Assembly (NCBI GenBank): GCA_963666485.2
Contig: CAXXUO010000001.1
Location: 704,001-768,000, forward strand
DNA length: 64,000 nucleotides
Direction of reading: 5' to 3'
Source of the DNA: Syntrophorhabdaceae bacterium
Lineage (GTDB): Bacteria > Desulfobacterota > Syntrophorhabdia > Syntrophorhabdales > Syntrophorhabdaceae
Below the pieces are notes generated by a model. The model saw nothing but the letters and a program-made list of their open reading frames with translations. It was not told the origin of the DNA and did no database searches. This document shows, piece after piece, positions 9,835 to 17,511 of the stretch. Numbering within the stretch: position 1 is the stretch's first letter; each line of letters starts with the position of its first letter. The translations under genes were made by a program, and so were the position numbers.

Positions 9835-10026
9835 ATAAAAGAAGCCTTGAACGGGTCGTTGTCAGACGGGTAAATGTTCTCACCCGGAGCGACTGTCCAA
9901 GGCCTTTGAGAGGCTATTCCTGTACCTCGCATGTACTGCTGGTCCCGGTCAACCAGCCCCGTTTTCACTGCCGGTTTTTTCAGTGCCGGTCCGGCAGCGT
10001 CTTTTAGCTCGGGTCAGAATAGCACT
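9835..10026 (-). ncRNA. Candidate orphan structured non-coding RNA (about 190 nt)
   Basis: Own sigma70 promoter, multi-stem 5' domain closed by GCTATTCT/GGAATAGC, long 3' hairpin and U-rich tail; no credible ORF. Confidence 0.6.
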
Positions 10027-10032
10027 AGAGTA

Positions 10033-10060
10033 AATATAGCAGGCATTTTTGATTTGTCAA
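10033..10060 (-). promoter_or_regulatory. Sigma70 promoter TTGACA-16-TATATT with extended -10 TG
   Basis: Minus strand reads TTGACAaatcaaaaatgcctgcTATATT. Confidence 0.7.
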
Positions 10061-10072
10061 GCATCCCCCCCC

Positions 10073-10230
10073 GTCGTCATCCCGGCGCAAGCCGGGATCC
10101 AGGGTCTTTGGCGTTTCTGTAATTGATCAAAACAATGTGTAGTTTAGGATGCGCTTATTGCATGTTATTAATATTATAGAAGAGAGCCACAGACAAAGAC
10201 ACTGGATTCCGGCCTTCGCCGGAATGACGG
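10073..10230. repeat. Inverted pair of REP-like palindromes
   Basis: gtcatcccggcgcaagccgggatcca ... tggattccggccttcgccggaatgac. Confidence 0.8.
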
Positions 10231-10248
10231 CAAGAGTGATGTTTCCAG

Positions 10249-10752
10249 CTATTCGGTGTCGAGGATCGACAGGAAATAATCCCTGATCGCTGGCGTGGTG
10301 TTCGAAAAATCGAAGCGGTCTATGAAGGCGGTAACGTCAAAATTTTTCCCTTCCCGGAATGTCACGTGTATCTGAGAATAAACCTCCCCGGAGTCGTCTT
10401 CGATCCAGGCCGTCGCGTATATGTTTTTTTCCTCGATCCTGATGAGCTTACCCACGGCACGGTAGTGGGTGCTGCACATGACGGGCTTCATGAATTCCAT
10501 CTCGACCTTGCGGGTCATCGCTATTTTTTTTGAACGCATGAATATCACGTACCACACCATGGTATCGAGGATCCCGAAGATCATGCCCCCGTGAATGACA
10601 TCCGAATAGCCTTCGAAGCGATTATCGACGAAAAGATCGCACAGAACGATGCCGTCCTCGTAGAACATCTCCAGCTGAAGCCCGTCCGGCCTGTTCGGGC
10701 TCATAAAGAAGGATGTTTTGTACACGGGAAGTTTGCCGTTCAAGCGGTTCAT
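10249..10752 (-). CDS. PaaI-family hot-dog thioesterase
   Basis: NRPDGLQL, FEGYSDVIHGGMIFGILD; ATGA overlap with the rlmN stop. Confidence 0.85.
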   Translation of the reverse strand: MNRLNGKLPVYKTSFFMSPNRPDGLQLEMFYEDGIVLCDLFVDNRFEGYSDVIHGGMIFGILDTMVWYVIFMRSKKIAMTRKVEMEFMKPVMCSTHYRAVGKLIRIEEKNIYATAWIEDDSGEVYSQIHVTFREGKNFDVTAFIDRFDFSNTTPAIRDYFLSILDTE

Positions 10753-11843
10753 GATGGCACCTCGGATGCGGATGGTCTTTTCTTGGAGGAAGAAGATGTG
10801 CGTGTTGGCGGGGCCCCATCGAGGTAGCTCATCCCGAGCTGTCCGCACGCAGCAGAGATGTCCTGGCCGCGCGATTCCCGGATGATAACGGTAAAATACC
10901 TGTCGAGGAGATACTGGTGGAACCTGTCAATAACGTCCCGATCGGGTCTTTCGTAGTCTGTATAGGGGGAAGGGTTGTAGGGTATCAGGTTGATCTTGCA
11001 TTTCACGTCCTTCAGCAGGTCCGCGAGACGCCGGGCATCGGCCGGGGAATCATTGACCCCCTTGATCAGGATATACTCGAACGTGATCCGGGTCCTTTTT
11101 GTCCCCTTGAAATTCCTGCAGAAGTCCATGAGTTTTTCAAGGGTATACAGCCTGTTGATGGGCATGAGCATCGACCTGGTATCGTCGTCCGCCGCATTGA
11201 GCGAAATGGCGATGACCGCGGATTTCGGGTCGAGCATCCTGAGCCCGTCGACGAGGCCGACGGACGAGAGTGTGATCTTGCGGTATGAGAGATCGAGCCC
11301 GTTCTGGTCCTTGAGAATGTCAAGCGCAGCGAGTACGTTCTCACCATTATCCAACGGCTCGCCCATACCCATAAAAACGATATTGGTCACAGGCGGTTTG
11401 TCTTTATTCTTCAGGTATTCCCGTACCGATACGAGCTGCCCCACGATCTCGCCTGCATTCAGGTTGCGTCGAAAGCCTATCTTGCCGGTAACGCAAAATC
11501 TGCATCCCATACGGCAGCCGATCTGGGTTGAAACACACAGTGTCATCCGATTTTTTTCCGGCATGATGACGCTTTCGATCGTCTCGCCGTCGCGGGCCGT
11601 AAAGGCGAGCTTGACCGAACCGTCACCTGAGGGGAATTCGCCGGCTATCGGCAAAAGTTCGAGTGAGAACATCTCCGAAAAGACGGTGCGCAACCCTTTC
11701 GGGATGTTTGTCATTTCATTGAAATCGAGGTTTCCCAGGTTATAGACCCAGCGAAAAAGCTGGCGGGCGCGGTATTTTTCCTTGCCGAGAGCACCTATGC
11801 GCTCTTCGAGATTCGCGAGGGTGAAACCAAAAAAATCTTCCAT
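10749..11843 (-). CDS. rlmN: 23S rRNA (A2503-C2) methyltransferase RlmN
   Basis: CVSTQIGCRMGCRFC, FMGMGEP, FEYIL, NLIPYN and AACGQL motifs. Confidence 0.95.
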   Translation of the reverse strand: MEDFFGFTLANLEERIGALGKEKYRARQLFRWVYNLGNLDFNEMTNIPKGLRTVFSEMFSLELLPIAGEFPSGDGSVKLAFTARDGETIESVIMPEKNRMTLCVSTQIGCRMGCRFCVTGKIGFRRNLNAGEIVGQLVSVREYLKNKDKPPVTNIVFMGMGEPLDNGENVLAALDILKDQNGLDLSYRKITLSSVGLVDGLRMLDPKSAVIAISLNAADDDTRSMLMPINRLYTLEKLMDFCRNFKGTKRTRITFEYILIKGVNDSPADARRLADLLKDVKCKINLIPYNPSPYTDYERPDRDVIDRFHQYLLDRYFTVIIRESRGQDISAACGQLGMSYLDGAPPTRTSSSSKKRPSASEVPS

Positions 11844-11934
11844 TATTTAACGGCTCTCCGGCAATGGGTATATACCTGACCGAACACCGATACAATAACA
11901 GAAAAAGCTTATTTTTTCAACGTATTCCGCTTGC

Positions 11935-12861
11935 CTAGCGCCGGCCGCGATAAGGGCCGGGACCGTACGGCCGCCCCCGGTAGCCGTAATACCGGGGCCC
12001 ATACCATGGCCGTGCGCCGTACCATCCCCGGTAATACGGGCCGTACCCGTACCAGCGCCATGGATACGGGCGGTATCCCCAGGGATAATAATACGGGTAC
12101 CACCAGTAGGGCGCGGGGGCCGCATAAACGTAGCCCGGATCGACAACGACCGGCGCGTATCCTGCTGCCGGCGGCCCTGTTGGCGGCGGGGCGGGACTGA
12201 CAGCACCTGCCGCCCCCGGCGGCGGGTTCGCCATCCCCGGATCGCTTCCATCTTTTTTCCTGTTCCACGCATCCCAGGCATCAGGGGGCCGGTTCGTCGT
12301 ATAAACGGGTGTTTCTCCGTCCTTTTTCATGATGAGGCGTGTCCCTGCTGCGATCGTCATTCTGCCTTTCGGCTGGGCCACGTACAATTGCCCGGAATAC
12401 ACGGAAACCTCCGTATCGCCGAGCGGTGTGATATCCGCGCGGTATACCGACCGGTCATATCCATCGAACTGTGCTGTCGGGGTGCCCAGGAAAATGGGGT
12501 GGCCACTGAGGCCGGAGCATTTGACGTATGCCTTGCCGCTCTCCAGGAAAAATTGTACCGCATTCTGCTCGACCGCCAGGATCTTCAGGCGGCTTCCGTC
12601 GGTTATCCGGATGAGACTTCCGTCCTGAATCAAGATCTCCGCATTCCCGGGGCCGGCGACGGCAATCGTATCCCCCTGTACGACCGGCTTTTGAGCCTTT
12701 GCCCGGGTAACCTTCTGCGACGCGGCCGGGATGTACTCGACATTCCCTTCGACCGCGTTGATGTAGACAGGCACCGAAGGTGCCGCCGTAAGCGGCACAG
12801 AGGCAATCATGGTAAGGAAAAAGGCCATGATAAGTCGTATACCCATATTTCTGCCGTCCAT
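11935..12861 (-). CDS. Exported FecR-domain protein with Pro/Tyr/Gly/Arg-rich tail
   Basis: Signal peptide; FecR-like beta region (GDTI...AEILIQDGSLIRI...TPTA...EVSVYSG); low-complexity PYYRGWYG tail. Confidence 0.75.
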   Translation of the reverse strand: MDGRNMGIRLIMAFFLTMIASVPLTAAPSVPVYINAVEGNVEYIPAASQKVTRAKAQKPVVQGDTIAVAGPGNAEILIQDGSLIRITDGSRLKILAVEQNAVQFFLESGKAYVKCSGLSGHPIFLGTPTAQFDGYDRSVYRADITPLGDTEVSVYSGQLYVAQPKGRMTIAAGTRLIMKKDGETPVYTTNRPPDAWDAWNRKKDGSDPGMANPPPGAAGAVSPAPPPTGPPAAGYAPVVVDPGYVYAAPAPYWWYPYYYPWGYRPYPWRWYGYGPYYRGWYGARPWYGPRYYGYRGRPYGPGPYRGRR

Positions 12862-12945
12862 TCTATCACCCCTTAAGACTGAATAATACCCCATTTTTCC
12901 CCCTTATGAAAAGCCTTCCCGAATCAGGCATGGGGCTTGCTATTT

Positions 12946-15033
12946 TTATCCGGCCCGGCCTTCTGATCGTTCTTTGGAGAAGGAGCCGGGGTGGGTTTGA
13001 ATGAAGCGGCCTGGGGCGGCGGGCCGGGGGGGAGCAATCCTCGCCGGTGCCGGCGTTGATGCCTGGCGTTGCGGTGCCGGCGTTGATGCCTGGCGTTGCA
13101 GCGCCGCCTGCGGTGAGGTGTTCTTCACCGGCTGGTTAAATGAAACTGGCTGCCGGGCGGGGTTGACCGGCGCCGAAGCGGGCGCCGCAGCAACAGGGGC
13201 CGGCCGTTTCTCTGTATATGACGGGTAGGCCCGGTTGGATGAAGGCGCCGGGTTTACGGTAATGGCCCTCACAGCCTGCTGAGGCTCTTTTGCGGGAGGC
13301 CGGACAGGCGATGTGCGGGCTGATGTCGGATTGTCCTGGCTGCCCGGCCTTCCCATGGTAATACTATTTGGCGACGGCGGATTCGCGGCCCGGGGATGGT
13401 CCGCAGGGTCCCGCGCGGGCATCGGCCTTGCCGCTGTCTTATTTGCTTCCGGCTGACGCAGGGGAGTTGCCGGCGGCGGGGAGGAGACTGTTCGACCAAC
13501 TGGCGCGACCGCCGGCGCAGGGGATGGCGCCATTTCCCTGCGTGCATCAGGCGTCGGCAGCACCGCCTGAGGGGACCGAATGTCTTTTTGATTCGCGTTG
13601 CGGGCATTTTCAATACGGGAGCTCAATGCCGTGCCCGGTATTGGCCGCGTCGTGACCTCCGGCCGGACCGCGCCGGCCTGCGGGACACTTGTGCCATGTG
13701 CCGTGAGGTCCTTTTGCCCCGTTGTACTCACCAGGCCCGCCCGGGAAGCCTGTGCGGCAGGTGGCGTTTGCATAGCCGGACCGCGCGCCGGGGCATGTGC
13801 GGGAGTGACGCCCGCAGGCAGGCTGACCTTTCTCAGCGTTACGGCCCCTTTATTCGCCGCTGTGACATTCTGGCTGAGCATACGGTCGCGTTCGACCGCA
13901 ACCATCGAGTTCGCAACCGCGGCATTCCTGTAGCTTGTCCTCGCAGCGGCGGCAGATCTTTCTATCGTGATGTTATTGTTCGTAACATTGAAAACGTTCG
14001 TCTGGCGGATTACGGGGGCCGAGCGGCGGTCATACCGTTCGCCGGGAGCGAGCGGCACCCAGCCGATCTGCCGTGATGAGTGGATCCATGCCACGTGTGC
14101 AGGTTCCCACCGTACATCACGGTGCCTCGGCGGCACCCAGCACCAGCCGGCACGGCCGTAGTGTACCCAGCGTCCGTAATGGTACGGCACGTAACCCCAC
14201 GGCTCGTAGCCTATCCATACATAATTGCCGCCTATCCAGGCCCACCGGCCGTAGCGGTACGGGGACCAGGCACCCACCGCTATTACGGTCGGCACCCAGA
14301 CATATTCATACTCAGGTGTGTAGATCCACTGACCGTTTGCGTCAAGGTCAGGCGAGTATGTCCTGAGTTCCTCCGGCAGGTAGGCGTAGCTGTCGCCCCC
14401 GGCGGCACCCGCGACCAGCGCCGCATCCCTGCTCGCATTCCACTGCATCCATTCGTCCGGGGCACGCAGGGCGGCAACGGCGGGCATTGTCCCGTCCGGT
14501 TTGAACACGAGGCGCTCGCCCTGGCGGATGAGCATCCTTCCCGAACGATCGGAGACAAATATACTGCCTTTCAAGACGGATATCTCGTTTATCCCGTTCG
14601 AATAAGCGTCTATCCTGACCGTCGAGGGCGATGAGATATCGAGGGATGCCCCGGGAATCTCGAAAAATATAGGGACCTCCCGCGATCCACGGGAAACGAC
14701 ATATGCCGTGCCCGGCTGCACATTGAATTGTATGCCCTTTTCATTTATCCCGGTTATTCTTGAAACCGAGTTCCTCCCGATCCGGACAATGCTTCCATCT
14801 TTCAAAAAGAGTTCTGCTTTGCCGTTGGGGCCTGTTACCAGGGAATCGCCTTCGATAAGCGGCGTATTGACAACAGCGTCCATGGCCTGCGGGGAACCCG
14901 CCTCAGAAAGGCTCACTGTCCCCTCGATATACCGGACGTAGAGGGTATCGGGATCGGCTGCCCGGGCAGGGACCATCGAGCCCAGCACAAGCACGGCCAG
15001 AAAACCTGCCATAAAGAAATATGCTCGTTTCAT
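12946..15033 (-). CDS. Exported FecR-domain protein with Trp/Tyr/Gly-rich domain (DUF6600-like) and long Pro/Ala-rich tail
   Basis: Signal peptide; FecR region; WSPYRYGRW and PWGYVPYHYGRW motifs; duplicated QRQASTPAP. Confidence 0.75.
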   Translation of the reverse strand: MKRAYFFMAGFLAVLVLGSMVPARAADPDTLYVRYIEGTVSLSEAGSPQAMDAVVNTPLIEGDSLVTGPNGKAELFLKDGSIVRIGRNSVSRITGINEKGIQFNVQPGTAYVVSRGSREVPIFFEIPGASLDISSPSTVRIDAYSNGINEISVLKGSIFVSDRSGRMLIRQGERLVFKPDGTMPAVAALRAPDEWMQWNASRDAALVAGAAGGDSYAYLPEELRTYSPDLDANGQWIYTPEYEYVWVPTVIAVGAWSPYRYGRWAWIGGNYVWIGYEPWGYVPYHYGRWVHYGRAGWCWVPPRHRDVRWEPAHVAWIHSSRQIGWVPLAPGERYDRRSAPVIRQTNVFNVTNNNITIERSAAAARTSYRNAAVANSMVAVERDRMLSQNVTAANKGAVTLRKVSLPAGVTPAHAPARGPAMQTPPAAQASRAGLVSTTGQKDLTAHGTSVPQAGAVRPEVTTRPIPGTALSSRIENARNANQKDIRSPQAVLPTPDARREMAPSPAPAVAPVGRTVSSPPPATPLRQPEANKTAARPMPARDPADHPRAANPPSPNSITMGRPGSQDNPTSARTSPVRPPAKEPQQAVRAITVNPAPSSNRAYPSYTEKRPAPVAAAPASAPVNPARQPVSFNQPVKNTSPQAALQRQASTPAPQRQASTPAPARIAPPRPAAPGRFIQTHPGSFSKERSEGRAG

Positions 15034-15067
15034 ACAATCCCCCGATCTTTCGTCATACAGTGTTATG

Positions 15068-15083
15068 AGCAATCTCTGTACCA
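15068..15083 (-). promoter_or_regulatory. Sigma54 -24/-12 promoter
   Basis: Minus strand TGGTAC-AGAGA-TTGCT, about 35 bp upstream of the FecR gene start. Confidence 0.65.
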
Positions 15084-15310
15084 ACGCAAAGGTGTCGGTA
15101 TGTATCTGAATTTACAGGGATCTACCAAAAATGTCTCCCTCAGCGAGGCAAAATGTGTCGATAGGACTTTCACAATACGACAATATTGTCGATACAAGAT
15201 CCCCTTGATTAATGGTAAAGTTTTATAGAGAATGTTGCACCTTCAACGTTCACGTTCAGTCTAACATCACCCCGCGTGGAACGTGGAACTGTGGAACCTG
15301 GAACGTAATT

Positions 15311-15766
15311 ATGATGTACTGTCCCCGCTGCCGAACGAAATATAAGGACCCGGCCGATGTCTGCCGGTACTGCGAGATCCCCCTGGTCGAACAGTTGCCC
15401 TCGATGTCCCTGTCGGATTACCGGGAACGGTCCGACGGGGCCGAAGACGAAGAATACGAGTTCGATACCCCGGCCGATGAAGGCGAAAAGTCTCTCGATC
15501 TCGAAGCCTTGCAGCAAGCCGCCGAAGATCAGAAGGAACGGGTCGGGACCCTTAACCGGTATCTTCTCCTGAGGGTTTTCTGGTTCGCCGCCTGGATCGC
15601 AGCGGGATTCTTTACCGCGTATCTGACGACCCCCGATGACGCCGGCGAAGGGATGAGGCTTCTCATACATGCTGCCTTTCTTACGGCGGCACTGATCCTT
15701 GCCAACCTGATCCTCAGGATACGGGTGGGGCACGATTCACCGGGCCCTGATGATACCGGTACCTGA
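15311..15766 (+). CDS. Zinc-ribbon membrane protein
   Basis: YCPRC...CRYC, acidic linker and two C-terminal TM helices. Confidence 0.65.
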   Translation: MMYCPRCRTKYKDPADVCRYCEIPLVEQLPSMSLSDYRERSDGAEDEEYEFDTPADEGEKSLDLEALQQAAEDQKERVGTLNRYLLLRVFWFAAWIAAGFFTAYLTTPDDAGEGMRLLIHAAFLTAALILANLILRIRVGHDSPGPDDTGT

Positions 15767-15773
15767 CCCGCTT

Positions 15774-17369
15774 TCACGACATTCGTATCCTGTTGTGCGT
15801 CCTGAAGCCTTTTATTGTCCTGCCCCGCATGGCTTCAAAAAACGCCGCAACAATTTTCGTGTCCTGTAGTTCCTCCACAAAATCATGGGTCCCGGCATCG
15901 AATGCAAGGAAACGTTTTTCTTTGAGGAGGGTTTCGAAGATGTACCGGCTCCGCACGTCCTTTTTCATGCGCGCCGCTCCCGCAAGGTCCGCCATGCACG
16001 ATGCTCCCGGTGTCTCGTCGATGAGCGATTTGAGCAGGTTTACGAACCGGGCGAGCTTCATGAATGTATATGTCATCTTCCGGGTGAAAACGGGGTTCGT
16101 TTCACACATGACGCTGGAGCGGCAATAGCGGAATTCGGGGATGGACCCGCCGGATAGGCTGTTAAAGAGCGAACTGCCGGGCGCCGGATAGTAGATGCTC
16201 GGACCGGGCAGGACGCGTTTTCCCATGAGAAACGTCAGCGTATCGATGATATCGGCGGGTGCCTGTCCCGGAAGGCCTATGATGAAATGCACCTCGATCG
16301 TGAACGGCGACTCTTCGAGCCAATCGAGGAGGTTCAAGAAATTGGCCGGATATGCGCGCCGTTGCGCCGCGTTGACATCGTGCGACGTATCGACCAGGGA
16401 GAAATTCAGGCGCGAAAAGCCGGCCTCGTGCATCTTCTTCAGCGTATCGATGTCCAGGGTCTGGCTGTAGAGGCCGTTCATTGCAGATAGCGTGAGGTCC
16501 CGCCCCTTCATTATGTCGAGCACGCCCTGAAAGAAGGCAATATCAAGGGTCAGCATATCGTCCTCGAAATCGACGGCCTTAATGCCCATCCCGCCAATCT
16601 CATCCGTCTCCCTTTCAATGCTCTTTAGTGTGCGTCTGCGATAGGGGACCGGGGGCTTTCCACAAAATCCGCAGCTGAAAGGACAGCCCCGCGACGTGAG
16701 AAGGAACGTGTACGGTTTTCTTCCGATGCGGTATTTATCCGCAGGCAGGAGGTGGCGTGCGGGGAGCAGGTCTATATCGTCTTCGACATACACGTCACCG
16801 ATACAATGCTGCCCGTTCCGGCGAAACGAGAGGCCTCGGGGTGCGCTCCCGGGGGCCTTGCCTGAAGAAAGGTGCCGGATGAGTTCAAAGAAGGGGGTTT
16901 CTCCTTCCCCGCGGACCACGTAATCGACATTCGGGTCGCCGAGGACGCGCCCGGGGAAAAGCGTGGGATGGGTCCCGCCCATGACCGCGACAACACGCGG
17001 ATCGATCTGCTTCGCTATCGCCGCTATCTGCGCCGCCTCCCGGGAATAGGCCGCGAAGGACGATGATATCCCGATAATGTCCGGGCTTTCGCGGCGGATG
17101 ACGTCGCCTATTTCGTACGTGCCCATGCCGTAGCGCGAATACCGGGTGAAGAGCGAAAAAGGGGTTTTCCTGTCATTGCGGTAAAAGCCGTCGAGTTCGG
17201 GAAAATCATTTTTTATGGCCCGCCCTTTAAATCCTGTCCTGAGATCAAGGATGGAAACATCGCATATGCCTTCGATCCTGGCCGCTATGTATGCAAGGCC
17301 GAGGGGATACGTCCTGATTGAGGTATCGTAAAAATCTTCCACGGGAGGCTGGACCAGGAGGACCTTCAT
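15774..17369 (-). CDS. B12-binding radical SAM protein (class B methyltransferase-like)
   Basis: PLGLAYIA, MGGTHPT, GEGE and SRGCPFSCGFC motifs. Confidence 0.88.
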   Translation of the reverse strand: MKVLLVQPPVEDFYDTSIRTYPLGLAYIAARIEGICDVSILDLRTGFKGRAIKNDFPELDGFYRNDRKTPFSLFTRYSRYGMGTYEIGDVIRRESPDIIGISSSFAAYSREAAQIAAIAKQIDPRVVAVMGGTHPTLFPGRVLGDPNVDYVVRGEGETPFFELIRHLSSGKAPGSAPRGLSFRRNGQHCIGDVYVEDDIDLLPARHLLPADKYRIGRKPYTFLLTSRGCPFSCGFCGKPPVPYRRRTLKSIERETDEIGGMGIKAVDFEDDMLTLDIAFFQGVLDIMKGRDLTLSAMNGLYSQTLDIDTLKKMHEAGFSRLNFSLVDTSHDVNAAQRRAYPANFLNLLDWLEESPFTIEVHFIIGLPGQAPADIIDTLTFLMGKRVLPGPSIYYPAPGSSLFNSLSGGSIPEFRYCRSSVMCETNPVFTRKMTYTFMKLARFVNLLKSLIDETPGASCMADLAGAARMKKDVRSRYIFETLLKEKRFLAFDAGTHDFVEELQDTKIVAAFFEAMRGRTIKGFRTHNRIRMS

Positions 17370-17511
17370 CCACCTAGTATAGGGGTATTCCGCGCAATTA
17401 TTCAAGGATACGCGAGACCGCGCCCGACAGGCGATCGCCGGTATATATCACCGAATAAAAATGTGGCGGTTCCTCATTCAAGGTGTTATGAATCTTATAA
17501 GGGGGGAGTTT

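Noticed and set aside
9835..10026. c-di-AMP, Moco or glmS riboswitch, or 6S RNA identity for the structured region
   Set aside because: Conserved core motifs are not recognisable, there is no downstream same-strand gene, and the ends do not pair into a 6S-like rod.
12926..12940. Sigma54-like AGGCAT-N5-TTGC on the plus strand
   Set aside because: It points antisense into a minus-strand gene with nothing to drive.
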